Origin: Armatimonadota bacterium
Lineage (GTDB): Bacteria; Armatimonadota; Fimbriimonadia; Fimbriimonadales; GBS-DC
Direction of reading: 5' to 3'
DNA: 64,000 bases
NCBI GenBank assembly: GCA_037444405.1
Contig: JBBIML010000011.1
Span: 4,643 to 68,642, forward strand
Shown: positions 22,511 to 32,066 of the stretch, in pieces
Position numbering within the stretch: the stretch's first letter is position 1
Layout: every line of letters begins with the position of its first letter
Notes under the pieces: generated by a model
What the model was told of the DNA's origin: nothing
The model's database searches: none
The model's input: only the letters and a program-made list of their open reading frames with translations
Translations under genes and position numbers: made by a program

Positions 22511-23671
22511 ATGCAAGATGGCATGCAGAGGCAGCTGGAGATATTTCGGAAGGGCTTGCTGGGGCAGCGGGAGGCGTTTCCGATATCGCCGGAGGCGCTG
22601 GAGGAGGCTGCCCGCGCCGTGCTGAAGCCAGAGGCGTATGACTATGTGGCGGGCGGAGCTGGCTCCGAATCGACGGTGCGGGCGAATCGGGAAGCGTTCG
22701 AACGGTATCGGCTGGTGCCGCGCCTCCTGCGCGATGTGTCCCAGCGCGATTTGAGTATTGAGCTTTTTGGCAACCGCTATCCTGCGCCTGTGCTGATTGC
22801 TCCCGTGGGCGTGCAGAAGATTCTCCATCCCGACGGCGAGCTGGCGATAGCGCGGGCAGCTGCCGCGCTGGGTATCCCCTTCATCTTGAGTACGGTCTCT
22901 TCGTATCCCATCGAGCAGGTGGCGCAGGCGGCAGGCGACACCCCACGCTGGTTCCAGCTCTACTGGAGCCGTGACCCGAATGTGGCGGCGAGCTTCGTGC
23001 GCCGCGCCGAAGCCGCCGGCTATCAGGCAATCGTGGTCACGGTGGACACCTCCCTGCTGGCGTGGCGAGACCGCGACCTGAGCCATGCCTATCTGCCCTT
23101 TATGCACGGTGAGGGGCTGGCGAACTACTTCACCGATCCCGCCTTTCGCGCCGCGCTCGCTCAGCCGCCAGAGGAGGACCCTGGCAGCGCGGTGCTGCAC
23201 TTCGCGCAGATTTTCGGCAACCCTGCGCTCACATGGGACGATCTCGAGTTCCTGCGCCAGCAGACGCGCCTGCCAATCCTGCTCAAGGGCATTCTGCATC
23301 CCGACGACGCACGGGAGGCGGTGCGACGCGGTGTGGATGGGATTATCGTGTCCAATCATGGCGGGCGGCAGGTGGACGGCGCGATCGCCGCGCTGGATGC
23401 CCTGCCGATGGTGGCGGAGGCGGTGGAAGGTCGCATCCCTGTGCTGTTCGATGGCGGCGTTCGGCGCGGCGCCGATGTGCTGAAGGCGGTCGCGCTCGGC
23501 ACGGAGGCGGTGCTGCTGTCGCGACCCGTGATGTGGGCGCTGGCTATCGGCGGCGCAGAGAGCGTGCAGACCTATCTGCGCAACTTCCTCGCCGAACTCG
23601 ACCTGACGCTCGGTCTCATCGGCTGCCGCACCATCGCTGAGGCGAAGCAAGCAACAATAAGCCGATCTTAA
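22511..23671 (+). CDS. FMN-dependent alpha-hydroxy-acid oxidising enzyme (lactate oxidase/monooxygenase family)
   Basis: YDYVAGGAGSE...FQLYW...VVTVD...VSNHGGRQVDG... match the family pattern. Confidence 0.85.
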   Translation: MQDGMQRQLEIFRKGLLGQREAFPISPEALEEAARAVLKPEAYDYVAGGAGSESTVRANREAFERYRLVPRLLRDVSQRDLSIELFGNRYPAPVLIAPVGVQKILHPDGELAIARAAAALGIPFILSTVSSYPIEQVAQAAGDTPRWFQLYWSRDPNVAASFVRRAEAAGYQAIVVTVDTSLLAWRDRDLSHAYLPFMHGEGLANYFTDPAFRAALAQPPEEDPGSAVLHFAQIFGNPALTWDDLEFLRQQTRLPILLKGILHPDDAREAVRRGVDGIIVSNHGGRQVDGAIAALDALPMVAEAVEGRIPVLFDGGVRRGADVLKAVALGTEAVLLSRPVMWALAIGGAESVQTYLRNFLAELDLTLGLIGCRTIAEAKQATISRS

Positions 23672-23678
23672 AGTGTAC

Positions 23679-23706
23679 CCCTTCTCCCCTTGTGTGGGGA
23701 GAAGGG
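23679..23706. terminator. Bidirectional hairpin between convergent genes (member of the CCCTCTCCC/GGGAGAGGG-like family)
   Basis: 11-bp stem cccttctcccc/ggggagaaggg with loop ttgtgt, between the stop codons at 23671 (+) and 23714 (-). Confidence 0.55.
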
Positions 23707-23713
23707 CAGAGTC

Positions 23714-24799
23714 TTACATTCGGCGGAGCATCTGGCGCAGTTCGGAGTGGATGCCCGCGTAGTTGAGCGCCTCTTCAGGGGTGATCAGCCCTTTTTGCAC
23801 ATAGCCGAACAGGCACTGGTTCATCGTGCGCATGCCCCAGTGCCCGCCTTCGGCAATCGCTTTATAGATGTCGCTGATATGCCCATCCTCGATCATCTTT
23901 TCGACGGTGGGCGTGTTAATCATAATCTCCACCGCCGCGATGCGCCCCTTGCCATCGGCGCGGGGCACCAGCTTCTGCGCGACGATGCCGCGAATGCTGT
24001 TTGCCAGTCGCTGAAGGATATGCTTCTTGTCCTGTGGCGGGAACATGTTCACGATACGGTCCATCGTCGCATACGCGCTGGGCGTGTGGACGGTGGAGAA
24101 GACGAGGTGTCCCGTTTCCGCCGCCTGCATACAGGCTTGCATCGTTTCCACATCGCGCATCTCGCCGATGAGGATGATGTCGGGGCTTTCGCGCACCACC
24201 ACGCGCATCGCGTCGATGAACGATTCGGTGTCGATATCCACCTCGCGCTGGCTGACGATGCATTGCTTATCCTGATGCATGAACTCGATGGGGTCTTCGA
24301 TAGTTACGATGTGCCCGCGCCGCTCCTCGTTGATGAGGTCGATCATCGCGGCGAGCGTGGTCGATTTGCCGGAGCCAGTAGGACCAGTGACCAGGATCAG
24401 CCCCTGTCGGTAGCGGGTGAGGCTGGCGAGCACCTGCGCGATCTCTGGCTCTTCGGGCCAGAGTTCTTCCAGCCGCCAGTGCTGGAGGGGGATCAGGCGG
24501 AACACGCCCGCGACGGTCTGGCGCTGTTGATAGACATTGGCGCGCACGCGGCACACATCGCCCACCGTGAAGGCGAGGTCAATCGCGAGCCGATGCTCGA
24601 AGCGGGCAATCTGCTCGTGTGTCATGATGCTGAAGCAGAGGTCGCGGCTTTGCGCGGGTGTGAGCGGCTCGCGGTAGTTCTCGAAGGGCGCGATTTTGCC
24701 GTGCAGGCGTATCATGGGAGGTGTGCCCGCCTTAATAAACACATCCGAGGCGCGAAGGGCGAACGCCTCCCGCAAAAGCGTCTCCAGGTTGTAGTTCAT
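23714..24799 (-). CDS. pilT: Type IV pilus retraction ATPase
   Basis: ASDVFIKAGTPPMIRLHG...GPTGSGKSTTLAAMID...TIEDPIEF...LIGEMRD matches the PilT/PilU family. Confidence 0.95.
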   Translation of the reverse strand: MNYNLETLLREAFALRASDVFIKAGTPPMIRLHGKIAPFENYREPLTPAQSRDLCFSIMTHEQIARFEHRLAIDLAFTVGDVCRVRANVYQQRQTVAGVFRLIPLQHWRLEELWPEEPEIAQVLASLTRYRQGLILVTGPTGSGKSTTLAAMIDLINEERRGHIVTIEDPIEFMHQDKQCIVSQREVDIDTESFIDAMRVVVRESPDIILIGEMRDVETMQACMQAAETGHLVFSTVHTPSAYATMDRIVNMFPPQDKKHILQRLANSIRGIVAQKLVPRADGKGRIAAVEIMINTPTVEKMIEDGHISDIYKAIAEGGHWGMRTMNQCLFGYVQKGLITPEEALNYAGIHSELRQMLRRM

Positions 24800-24814
24800 C
24801 GCTCTCTAACCTCC

Positions 24815-25594
24815 TCAATCTCTGTAGATTTCTGTTTGGACGGTCTGACCGTGCGTTTGTCGCCTGAGCAGATACGCCACCGAGAGGTAGATTCCTATCC
24901 CCACCAGCAGCGCGATCAGCACCACACCGAGCAATCCCCAGCCGAGCCAGGGATTGGGTCGGGGGGCGGGTGGAGGGGCGGGCTTCGGTGGCGGACGCTT
25001 GAGCGGTATCTCCAGCACATTCGGGTCATGGGTGGCTATCTGCAGCACGAATCGCCACAGGCGCGGCTCGGTCTGCGCCCACATCTGCAGATGGGGTGAA
25101 GCGTAAAACGGATAGCCCTGATAGCGGGCTTGTTGGGGCAACACGGTATAGACATGGATGGTGGTAAGGTCGGCGAAGGTGCGCGCCAGCGGTGTGAGCG
25201 CGACCGTGCCCTCCCTGAGATTCACCAGCCCGGCGGTGTAGAAGCTGACCGTGGTGAGCAAATCTTCGGGGTGCGGGTTGCGCTTGAGGCTATCGTCCCG
25301 AATCTCCAGTCGGGACGCGGGTTGCTGGCTCCACTGCTGATAGTGCGCCACGCGCGCCCGCACCTGCTCGTGCGGAACGCGCCGATCAAAGGTCCATGTC
25401 ATTAGGTAGGAGCCATCAGGCTGAACATAGAGCATGATGACCACTTCGGGGCGCTGTGTGAGGTCGGGCGCAGGCTGAGGATTGATGGGCGCAACCAGCG
25501 CGATACTCACGAGCAGGCTAACTGCTCGCACCATTCCTGCAGCGTCTTGCCATCCGCGCGATAAAGCCCCCATCGCCAATCTCACTCCCGACAC
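24815..25594 (-). CDS. Hypothetical exported protein with Pro-rich linker and C-terminal TM anchor
   Basis: N-terminal hydrophobic segment, PPPKPAPPPAPRP, then WGLLGVVLIALLVGIGIYL. It lies 15 nt upstream of pilT and 12 nt downstream of the GH127 gene. Confidence 0.5.
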   Translation of the reverse strand: MSGVRLAMGALSRGWQDAAGMVRAVSLLVSIALVAPINPQPAPDLTQRPEVVIMLYVQPDGSYLMTWTFDRRVPHEQVRARVAHYQQWSQQPASRLEIRDDSLKRNPHPEDLLTTVSFYTAGLVNLREGTVALTPLARTFADLTTIHVYTVLPQQARYQGYPFYASPHLQMWAQTEPRLWRFVLQIATHDPNVLEIPLKRPPPKPAPPPAPRPNPWLGWGLLGVVLIALLVGIGIYLSVAYLLRRQTHGQTVQTEIYRD

Positions 25595-25606
25595 ACCCTG
25601 CGGAGT

Positions 25607-27463
25607 CTACCCGACGGCGGGCATCCAGACGCGCATGGGGCACGGCTCGCGGTTGTCCCATGCATAGTACGGGATGGCGCGGAAGCGGGTCGGCTCGCGC
25701 GGTTTGAGCGGGCGGTAGAGCGCGTCGCCCCAGTCCGATTCGGGTGGCAGGGCGAGCGCCGCGCCCTCGATCACCATCATGCCGCCCAGCAGGCTCGCCT
25801 CCCAGCGTGCCTCCAGAGCGTTATCGGTGCGTACTGCCAGCCGATGCAGCGGCACCGACTGGTCCCGCTCTTCGAGGCAGTAGACGAAGGGACCGCGCTG
25901 GATGGCGACCTGCCAGCGGTCGGCTTCCACCTGCGGGTGGGCTTCCATCAGGCGCGGCTCCATCGGCAGGTGCAGCTCCACGCGGTCGCCCTCGCGCCAT
26001 TCGCGCCGAATGACCGCGTAGCCGTTCTCGCGCGTGATGGGTGTGGCGACGCCGTTCACCTTCAGGCTGGGCTGGTCGCACCAATCGGGCAGGCGCAGAT
26101 GCAGCCCGAAGCGCATCGGGGCTTCCGGACGCAACGCCAGATGAACCACGCCCCGCCACGGGTATTCGGTCAGCACCTCCAGCCGCACCCTGTGCCCCAT
26201 GAGTTCCGTCTGCATGCGGCTCTCCACATAGAGGTTGACCCACAGGTCGCTCTCGCTCTGCGCGTAGAGGTAGCCGCCCAGCGACGCCAGCAGGCGGGCG
26301 ATATTGGGCGGACAGCAGGCGCAGCTGTACCACGCCCGCCGATGGTGGCTGCCGTCGCTCTCCAGCGGGTTCACATAGAAGAAGCGGTTGCCACTCAGCG
26401 AGATGCCTGCCAGCGCCGCATTATAGAGCGCGCGCTCCAGCGCGTCGAAGAAGCGTGCCTCGCCCAGCAGAAGCCCCATCCGATGCGCCCAGAAGATAAG
26501 CGCGATCGACGCGCAGGTCTCCTGATAGGCGGTGCGGTTCGGCAGCTCATAATCGCGCGTGAAGCCTTCATGGCGGGCTTCGTTGCCGATGCCGCCCGTG
26601 ATGTAGGTGCGCCGACTGATCATGTTGTCCCACACGCGCAGCAGCATGCGCAGCAGCGTCTCGTCGCCCGTCTCGGCGACCAGATCGGTCGTGCCCGCGA
26701 AGAGATAGGCAGCCCGCACCGCGTGCCCGACAATCTCCTTCTGCTCGGCAAGCGGCACATTGTCCTGCCAGATGGAGCCATCGTACTGATCGAGCGGGAT
26801 GTTATGCTCTTTCGCGAAGAATTTGCTCCCGCGATTGATCAGGAAGAAGCGGGCAAGTTGCAGATAGCGCCGTTCCCCGGTGGCGCGATAGAGGCGGATG
26901 AGCGCGAGTTCGATTTCGGGATGCCCGCAGTAGCCCATGCGCTTGCCGGGCGCGTCGCCGAACACCGAGTCGATGTAGTCGGCGTAGCGGGTGGCGATGT
27001 TGAGCAGGCGGTCGCTGCCCGTCGCCTGATAATGGGCGACGGCGGCTTCAAACAGGTGTCCCGCGCAGTAGAGTTCATGCCAGTCGCGCAGATTGCTCCA
27101 GCGTTTATCGGGCGCAACCACCTGAAAGTAGCTGTTGAGGTAGCCTTCAGGCGTCTGCGCCCGCTCCAGAATGCCAATCACCTCGTCGAGCTTGTCGCGG
27201 ATAGGGTCGTCGGGATGGTGCGCCAGCACACAGGCGGCGGCTTCCATCGCCTTGTAGAGGTCGGAGTCCATGTAGAGGGGTCCCTGGTAGCCCTCGCGTT
27301 TGCCGTCGGCGGCGAGGCGCATGTTGGGGATGTTGCCCGCCTGCTCCAGCTGCTCGAACAGGTGGGGTAGCGTGATGCGCCGATTGGTCTGCAGGCGCGG
27401 CTCCCAAAACTGGTCGTGTATCTCCACCTGTGTATGTGCAATCGCCCTCGCTTTGCCTGCCAT
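25607..27463 (-). CDS. Glycoside hydrolase family 127 (beta-L-arabinofuranosidase/DUF1680)
   Basis: The N-terminus and the Cys-rich CACCPPN motif are characteristic of GH127. 618 aa. Confidence 0.85.
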   Translation of the reverse strand: MAGKARAIAHTQVEIHDQFWEPRLQTNRRITLPHLFEQLEQAGNIPNMRLAADGKREGYQGPLYMDSDLYKAMEAAACVLAHHPDDPIRDKLDEVIGILERAQTPEGYLNSYFQVVAPDKRWSNLRDWHELYCAGHLFEAAVAHYQATGSDRLLNIATRYADYIDSVFGDAPGKRMGYCGHPEIELALIRLYRATGERRYLQLARFFLINRGSKFFAKEHNIPLDQYDGSIWQDNVPLAEQKEIVGHAVRAAYLFAGTTDLVAETGDETLLRMLLRVWDNMISRRTYITGGIGNEARHEGFTRDYELPNRTAYQETCASIALIFWAHRMGLLLGEARFFDALERALYNAALAGISLSGNRFFYVNPLESDGSHHRRAWYSCACCPPNIARLLASLGGYLYAQSESDLWVNLYVESRMQTELMGHRVRLEVLTEYPWRGVVHLALRPEAPMRFGLHLRLPDWCDQPSLKVNGVATPITRENGYAVIRREWREGDRVELHLPMEPRLMEAHPQVEADRWQVAIQRGPFVYCLEERDQSVPLHRLAVRTDNALEARWEASLLGGMMVIEGAALALPPESDWGDALYRPLKPREPTRFRAIPYYAWDNREPCPMRVWMPAVG

Positions 27464-27573
27464 CGTGAAGAGTATACCTGCTCTCTGAAAAATCCCCGCG
27501 TTTTTGCCGATAATCGAAGCCAGCGTGATGGAAAGAGTGCCAACAGGTTGCCGTCACAGGGAGGCATACGCGC

Positions 27574-28389
27574 ATGTATGAGGCGTACTGGGGCTTAACG
27601 GAACCGCCGTTCACCCTGACCCCCGACCCACGCTTCCTCTATATGAGCAAGGAACATGAGGACGCGCTGGTGATGCTGCATTACACCATCACCCGCAATC
27701 GGGGCGCAGGAATGCTGGTCGGCGATATCGGGCTGGGCAAGACGACGCTCAGCCGTAAACTGCCGGAGCTGCTCGACCCTGTCGAGTACAAAATCGTGCT
27801 GATAGTGAACCCCGTGCTGACGCCTATCCAGCTGTTGCAGGAGGTGCTGCACCAGCTCGGCGTGCCCACCATCAGCCGCAATCGGCAGGTGCTGGTTCAG
27901 CAGCTGTTCGATCACCTGTTGCAGCTGTATGAGCATGGTCAGCGCGTGGTGCTGATTGTGGACGAGGCGCACCTGATCCGCTCACTCCAGACTTTTGAGG
28001 AGTTGCGCCTTTTGCTCAATTGCCAGATGAACGACCGGTTCCTCATCAGTTTGCTGCTGCTGGGTCAGTTGGAGTTGCGCAAGAAGATTGAGCGGGTGCC
28101 TGCGCTCAAGCAGCGTCTGGCGGTACGCCATCAGCTGAAACCGCTGGACCAGCAGGAGACCGCCGCCATGATTGAGTTTCGGTTGCGCACGGCGGGCTAC
28201 GCAGGCGAGCGTATCCCGTTCACCCCCGATGCGCTGTACGAGCTGTATCAGCACACAGGCGGCTACCCGCGCCTGATCTGCCAGCTCGCCGATAACGCGC
28301 TGATGATTGGGATGGCGGAACGCGCCAGCCAGATCGACGGGTTTTTAATGCACAGCGTGATTATGGACTTCGAGGGCAAGGAGTGGTGA
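27574..28389 (+). CDS. ExeA/MshM-like AAA ATPase (pilus/secretion accessory), no peptidoglycan-binding domain
   Basis: YWGLTEPPFTLTPDPRFLY...GDIGLGKTTL...LIVDEAH matches the ExeA (GspA) N-terminal ATPase pattern. 271 aa. Confidence 0.85.
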   Translation: MYEAYWGLTEPPFTLTPDPRFLYMSKEHEDALVMLHYTITRNRGAGMLVGDIGLGKTTLSRKLPELLDPVEYKIVLIVNPVLTPIQLLQEVLHQLGVPTISRNRQVLVQQLFDHLLQLYEHGQRVVLIVDEAHLIRSLQTFEELRLLLNCQMNDRFLISLLLLGQLELRKKIERVPALKQRLAVRHQLKPLDQQETAAMIEFRLRTAGYAGERIPFTPDALYELYQHTGGYPRLICQLADNALMIGMAERASQIDGFLMHSVIMDFEGKEW

Positions 28390-28390
28390 G

Positions 28391-28819
28391 ATGAACCTGG
28401 TGGACGCTATTCGCAAAGCGGCGCAACAGTCGCAGGGTGTGCAGGGTGAGAGCGCAACGACCGCGCCTCGTGCGCCAGCCAGCGCGCCCGCAAATGCATC
28501 CGACGCCCCTCAGCATGAGCCAGAGGCGATGCAGACCGTGCGCTTCGAGGTGCGGCTCACCAATCAGCAGCTCTATGACCTGCTCAGCTGGCTGGCTCGC
28601 GCGTTGCACCCTGTGATGACCTTGCGCGAGGCGGCGCACTATCTACGCCTGCGCATTGCCGAACTCGAAGCGCTCGCCGAGCAGGGAGCCATCCCCGCGT
28701 TCAAAGTGGATGGGCGCTGGCGGTTCCTCAAAAATGCGCTCGACGAGTGGATGCTGCTGCAAAAAGCGAGCGATCTTGAGACCCACCTTGAGGAGAAGGA
28801 GGAGAGCCATGCCGCGTAG
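28391..28819 (+). CDS. Helix-turn-helix (excisionase/MerR-superfamily HTH_17-like) protein
   Basis: The C-terminal LREAAHYLRLRIAELEALAEQGAIPAFKVDGRWRF is typical of HTH_17. The N-terminal half is low complexity. Confidence 0.6.
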   Translation: MNLVDAIRKAAQQSQGVQGESATTAPRAPASAPANASDAPQHEPEAMQTVRFEVRLTNQQLYDLLSWLARALHPVMTLREAAHYLRLRIAELEALAEQGAIPAFKVDGRWRFLKNALDEWMLLQKASDLETHLEEKEESHAA

Positions 28820-30032
28820 GAACGAGCCGATTCTGGCGATTGACATCGGCGCGACCGCTGTGCGTGCCTGCATCGGGCGTCTGAACCCCGACGGGTTGGT
28901 TGTGGAGCGTTTGATCGACGCACCCCTGCCTCCCAACAGTGTACGGGAGGGGCTGATTCTGGAGCCGGATACGGTGGCGCGAGCGTTGCGCACGCTGCTT
29001 CAGCAAGTGGGCGTTCGCCAGCGGAACGCGCTGGTCTCGGTCGGCGGTCCGCAGGTGACGGCGCGCCCCGTGCGCCTGCCACCGATGACCCCCGAAGTGT
29101 TGCGCAAATCAATCCAGTATGAAGCGGCCCGCTACCTGCCCTCCGCTGCTGAAGAACATCTGATCGGCTTCGAGATATTGCACAGCGGCGAGGACTATCT
29201 GGAAGTGTTGCTGGTGGCGGCGCCGCGCTCCACAGTGGATAGCATAGTGAACACTTTGGAGAGCGCGGGGCTGGAGGCGGAGCTGCTGGAGATTCAGCCG
29301 TTCGCCTGCCTGCGAGCGGTGCATGCGAGCTGGCAGGAGTCGATGCCGTCGCTGTTCGCGCTGGCGGATATCGGCGGCGGGCACACCCAGATTAGCGTGG
29401 TGCGGCAGGGCACGCTCGCGCTCACGCGCTACATCCCCATCGCCGGTGAGACGCTGACCGCCGCCCTTAAGGGCTACTTCCACTACTCCGACGAGGAAGT
29501 CAGCCATATCAAGCAGGCGTTGAACCTCGAAGAGCTGCTTCAGACGGGCGCGCCCCACGAGAATCCGCCTCTGCGCCTGGTGCAGCCCATTCTGGACGAG
29601 CTGATTCGGGAGATCCGCCGCTCGCTGAACTACTATCAGTCGCAGGTGCAGGCGAACCCGGCGCATGGGGGGCGCATCGATCAGCTGATCCTGACGGGAG
29701 GTGGCGCGCTCATGCGCGGGATTGCCCCTTACTTCGAACATCGGCTCGGCATCCGCGTGCAGGTGTTCAATCCGCTGCCGTTCGATGAGCCTCTCTCGAC
29801 ACCGCTTACGCCGCTGCCCGATAATGGGGCTGACCAGCCAGTGGCTGAGGCGTCCCGCCCCGGTCGGACTTTTGCCGCGGCACGCTCGCTGGTGCATGCA
29901 TCAGCAGTGCCGCCAGAGCAGTGCGCTCAGGGCGCGCAGTGGGTGGTGGCAATCGGCACTGCGCTGGCGCCGCTGGAGCAGCGGATGCCGTTCCGCCTCA
30001 CCGAAGAGCAACCCGAACTGCAAGCCGCATGA
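28809..30032 (+). CDS. pilM: Type IV pilus assembly protein PilM (actin-like ATPase fold)
   Basis: ILAIDIGATAVRACIG...LADIGGGHTQISV...LTGGGA. The ATG at 28809 overlaps the end of the previous ORF. The track ORF starts at 28656 in the same frame. Confidence 0.9.
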   Translation: MPRRNEPILAIDIGATAVRACIGRLNPDGLVVERLIDAPLPPNSVREGLILEPDTVARALRTLLQQVGVRQRNALVSVGGPQVTARPVRLPPMTPEVLRKSIQYEAARYLPSAAEEHLIGFEILHSGEDYLEVLLVAAPRSTVDSIVNTLESAGLEAELLEIQPFACLRAVHASWQESMPSLFALADIGGGHTQISVVRQGTLALTRYIPIAGETLTAALKGYFHYSDEEVSHIKQALNLEELLQTGAPHENPPLRLVQPILDELIREIRRSLNYYQSQVQANPAHGGRIDQLILTGGGALMRGIAPYFEHRLGIRVQVFNPLPFDEPLSTPLTPLPDNGADQPVAEASRPGRTFAAARSLVHASAVPPEQCAQGAQWVVAIGTALAPLEQRMPFRLTEEQPELQAA

Positions 30033-30047
30033 ACCGGAGGTGAAGGG

Positions 30048-30653
30048 ATGCCCGTTATCAATTTGATTGAGCCAGAGATTCAGCTCCGTCAGCGACTGCA
30101 ACGGCGGGTGCGCCTGCTGGGGCTGGTCGGTTTCGCCCTGCTAACGCTTGCCGCTGTGGGCTGGGGCGGGCTAATCCTCTATGCAGGCTACCTACAGATG
30201 CAGAAAGCCAGCATGGAAGCCGAAATTGTGCGCCTCACACCAGCGCTGCACGCTGTCCAGCAAACCCAGATGGAGCTGAACGCCCTGCAACCGCTCATCA
30301 GCACCCTGCAGACCGCCCGCACCCAGACCGGACGCTGGCGGCTACTGCTCCAGCACCTGAGCGTGCAGACTCCACCCGCCTGCTACCTCACCAGTGTAGA
30401 ACTGGGCAAGCGCACCGACCCCAAAAAGCCGATAGAGATAGTGATCAAAGGCATCGCCGCCAGCCAGCAAGCGGTGGGCGACTTCATGCTGCGACTCAAT
30501 CAATATAGCGAGCTGGAGAATGTGCGCCTGGACTACACGCAGGAGCGCGAACTCAGCGAGCAGGGCAGAGCCTTCGAGTTCCAGATAACGGCACAGGTCA
30601 AAGGCACCGCCGCACCGCAATCATCCTCTGGAGGTGGCAGCAGTGGCTCTTAG
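30048..30653 (+). CDS. pilN: Type IV pilus assembly protein PilN
   Basis: INLIEPE...RR..L then one TM segment. Position and size are typical. GGAGGTG lies upstream. Confidence 0.75.
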   Translation: MPVINLIEPEIQLRQRLQRRVRLLGLVGFALLTLAAVGWGGLILYAGYLQMQKASMEAEIVRLTPALHAVQQTQMELNALQPLISTLQTARTQTGRWRLLLQHLSVQTPPACYLTSVELGKRTDPKKPIEIVIKGIAASQQAVGDFMLRLNQYSELENVRLDYTQERELSEQGRAFEFQITAQVKGTAAPQSSSGGGSSGS

Positions 30654-31404
30654 CCGACGCACGCAGCGATTGGAGCAGTTCGCTAAACTGCTAAGCATCG
30701 GGCTGATCGGACTGCTGGCGCTCAGCGTGGGCAGCGTCTATCTACCCTTCAGTATGGTTCAGCAAGCCCGGCAGCAGGTGGCGGAACGCCAGCAGCAGCT
30801 GGACAAAGCGCGTCAGGCGCCCCAGCAACTGCGCCTGCTCCAGCAGCAGCACGAAAATGCCTTGCGCGAACTGCGATTCCTGGAGCAGGGCGTCTCGCAA
30901 GCTGCGTATATCCCCACCATGCTCAAACAGATCGAGCAAACCGCCCGACAGCTTCAGCTGGAAATCGTCGCCGTCCGACCCCAGCAGAACCAGCAACAGA
31001 GCGGTCAGACCACCCAGAGCGGCTCCAGTCAGGGCAATCAGCAGGGCAACGGCGCCGCGCCTGCCCGCAAAGCCTATGAGGAGCAACTCATCGAAGTGAG
31101 CCTGCAGGGCAGGTTCTGGAGCCTTATGAGCTTCCTGCGCCAGCTGGATGAGTTTCCCAAGATTCTGGCGGTGCAATCGCTGAATGCGCAGGCGAAACCC
31201 AAAATCGACCAGCCGAACGCGAACCCCGATCTGGAGATTCGCATGACGATCAAGGCGTTCATCTTCCCGTCGACCCGATTGCCGCTTCCCGCTGGTCAGG
31301 GCATGCAACCGCCTCTCCCCGGAGGGGAAAGCGCGGGGGTGAGGAACGCTCCCCTCTCCCACAGCGTGGGAGAGGGGCTGGGGGTGAGGGGTGAAGGAAG
31401 GTGA
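30634..31404 (+). CDS. pilO: PilO-like pilus assembly protein with a repeat-derived C-terminal tail
   Basis: A TM segment, a coiled coil, and a C-terminal ferredoxin-like region follow pilN. The last ~25 codons read through a GGGAGAGGG/GGGGTGAGGG element. The start could be 30634 or 30643. Confidence 0.65.
   Translation: MAAVALSRRTQRLEQFAKLLSIGLIGLLALSVGSVYLPFSMVQQARQQVAERQQQLDKARQAPQQLRLLQQQHENALRELRFLEQGVSQAAYIPTMLKQIEQTARQLQLEIVAVRPQQNQQQSGQTTQSGSSQGNQQGNGAAPARKAYEEQLIEVSLQGRFWSLMSFLRQLDEFPKILAVQSLNAQAKPKIDQPNANPDLEIRMTIKAFIFPSTRLPLPAGQGMQPPLPGGESAGVRNAPLSHSVGEGLGVRGEGR
31351..31391. repeat. REP-like hairpin element inside the pilO 3' end
   Basis: cccctctccc-acagcgt-gggagagggg hairpin plus a ctgggggtgagggg tail. 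Positions 31364-31390 are identical to 60568-60594. Confidence 0.8.
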
Positions 31405-32066
31405 AAATTATGGAAAAACCCCCTGAGATGAAGACGAACCAGATCAGTCTGAAGCAGGGTCTCGCGATTGGCGTGCTGGTGCTGATCCTGCTCAGCGTTG
31501 GGGTCTGGCAGTGGCAGTCGATGGGCGGGCGTCGGAACCCGTCGCGCCCTGCGAGCGCGTCCACTTCCAACAGCAACATGGGCGTTTCGGCGACTGTCAG
31601 CACTTCGGGTGTGGTGCTGGCGAGCGTGCCGCTGGCGCCGCTGCCCGCGCGCGACCCGTTCCGACCCACCATCCAGATCGGCGAGCTACCCGGTCGCGTG
31701 GCGTCGCCTGCCACCAGCAGCACGAACCAATCGCCCCGACGCGCGATCACGGGCACGCCGCCCGTGCCGCCTGTCGCGCTGCCCGCGCCCGGAGGGCTGG
31801 AAATCAGACGCGCAGAAGAGCCTGCCCCCATACCCGACTGGACACTGGTCGGCGTTGTGCAGGGACCGCGCACGATTGCCATTCTCAAAGATTCGGAGGG
31901 GCATCGCCGCTTCGTGCAGATTGGCGACCTGCTGGAAGAGGGCTGGCGTGTGCGCCGCATCGAGCGCGGCGTTATCACCCTTCAAAAAGGGAAGCAGACA
32001 ATTGCCATTCAGGTCGGCACTTCCACGCAACAAGATTCGCAGTCCACAGGAGGCACACAGCAATGA
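31401..32066 (+). CDS. PilP/PilW-like pilus assembly protein
   Basis: An N-terminal TM segment and a Pro/Ser-rich linker precede the C-terminal DWTLVGVVQGPRTIAILKD...GWRVRRIERGVITL, a PilP/GspC-like beta domain. Sits between pilO and pilQ. Confidence 0.5.
   Translation: MKIMEKPPEMKTNQISLKQGLAIGVLVLILLSVGVWQWQSMGGRRNPSRPASASTSNSNMGVSATVSTSGVVLASVPLAPLPARDPFRPTIQIGELPGRVASPATSSTNQSPRRAITGTPPVPPVALPAPGGLEIRRAEEPAPIPDWTLVGVVQGPRTIAILKDSEGHRRFVQIGDLLEEGWRVRRIERGVITLQKGKQTIAIQVGTSTQQDSQSTGGTQQ

Noticed and set aside
22382-23650. 422-aa minus-strand ORF
   Set aside because: Antisense shadow of the FMN-dependent oxidase gene.
23690-25099. 469-aa plus-strand ORF
   Set aside because: Antisense shadow of pilT and the adjacent hypothetical gene.
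25844-27370. 508-aa plus-strand ORF
   Set aside because: Antisense shadow of the GH127 gene.
28656-28808. Upstream extension of the pilM ORF. Similar extensions apply to the response regulator (8467-8709), ahcY (1489-1554) and the methylase (5833-5910).
   Set aside because: These extensions overlap upstream genes and lack family similarity. The internal starts have Shine-Dalgarno sites and match typical N-termini.
31511-32062. N-terminal 184 codons of the 905-aa track ORF preceding PilQ
   Set aside because: This is a frame extension overlapping the PilP-like gene in another frame. The Arg/Ala-rich translation has no signal peptide. The real PilQ start at 32063 has a signal peptide and an ATGA coupling.
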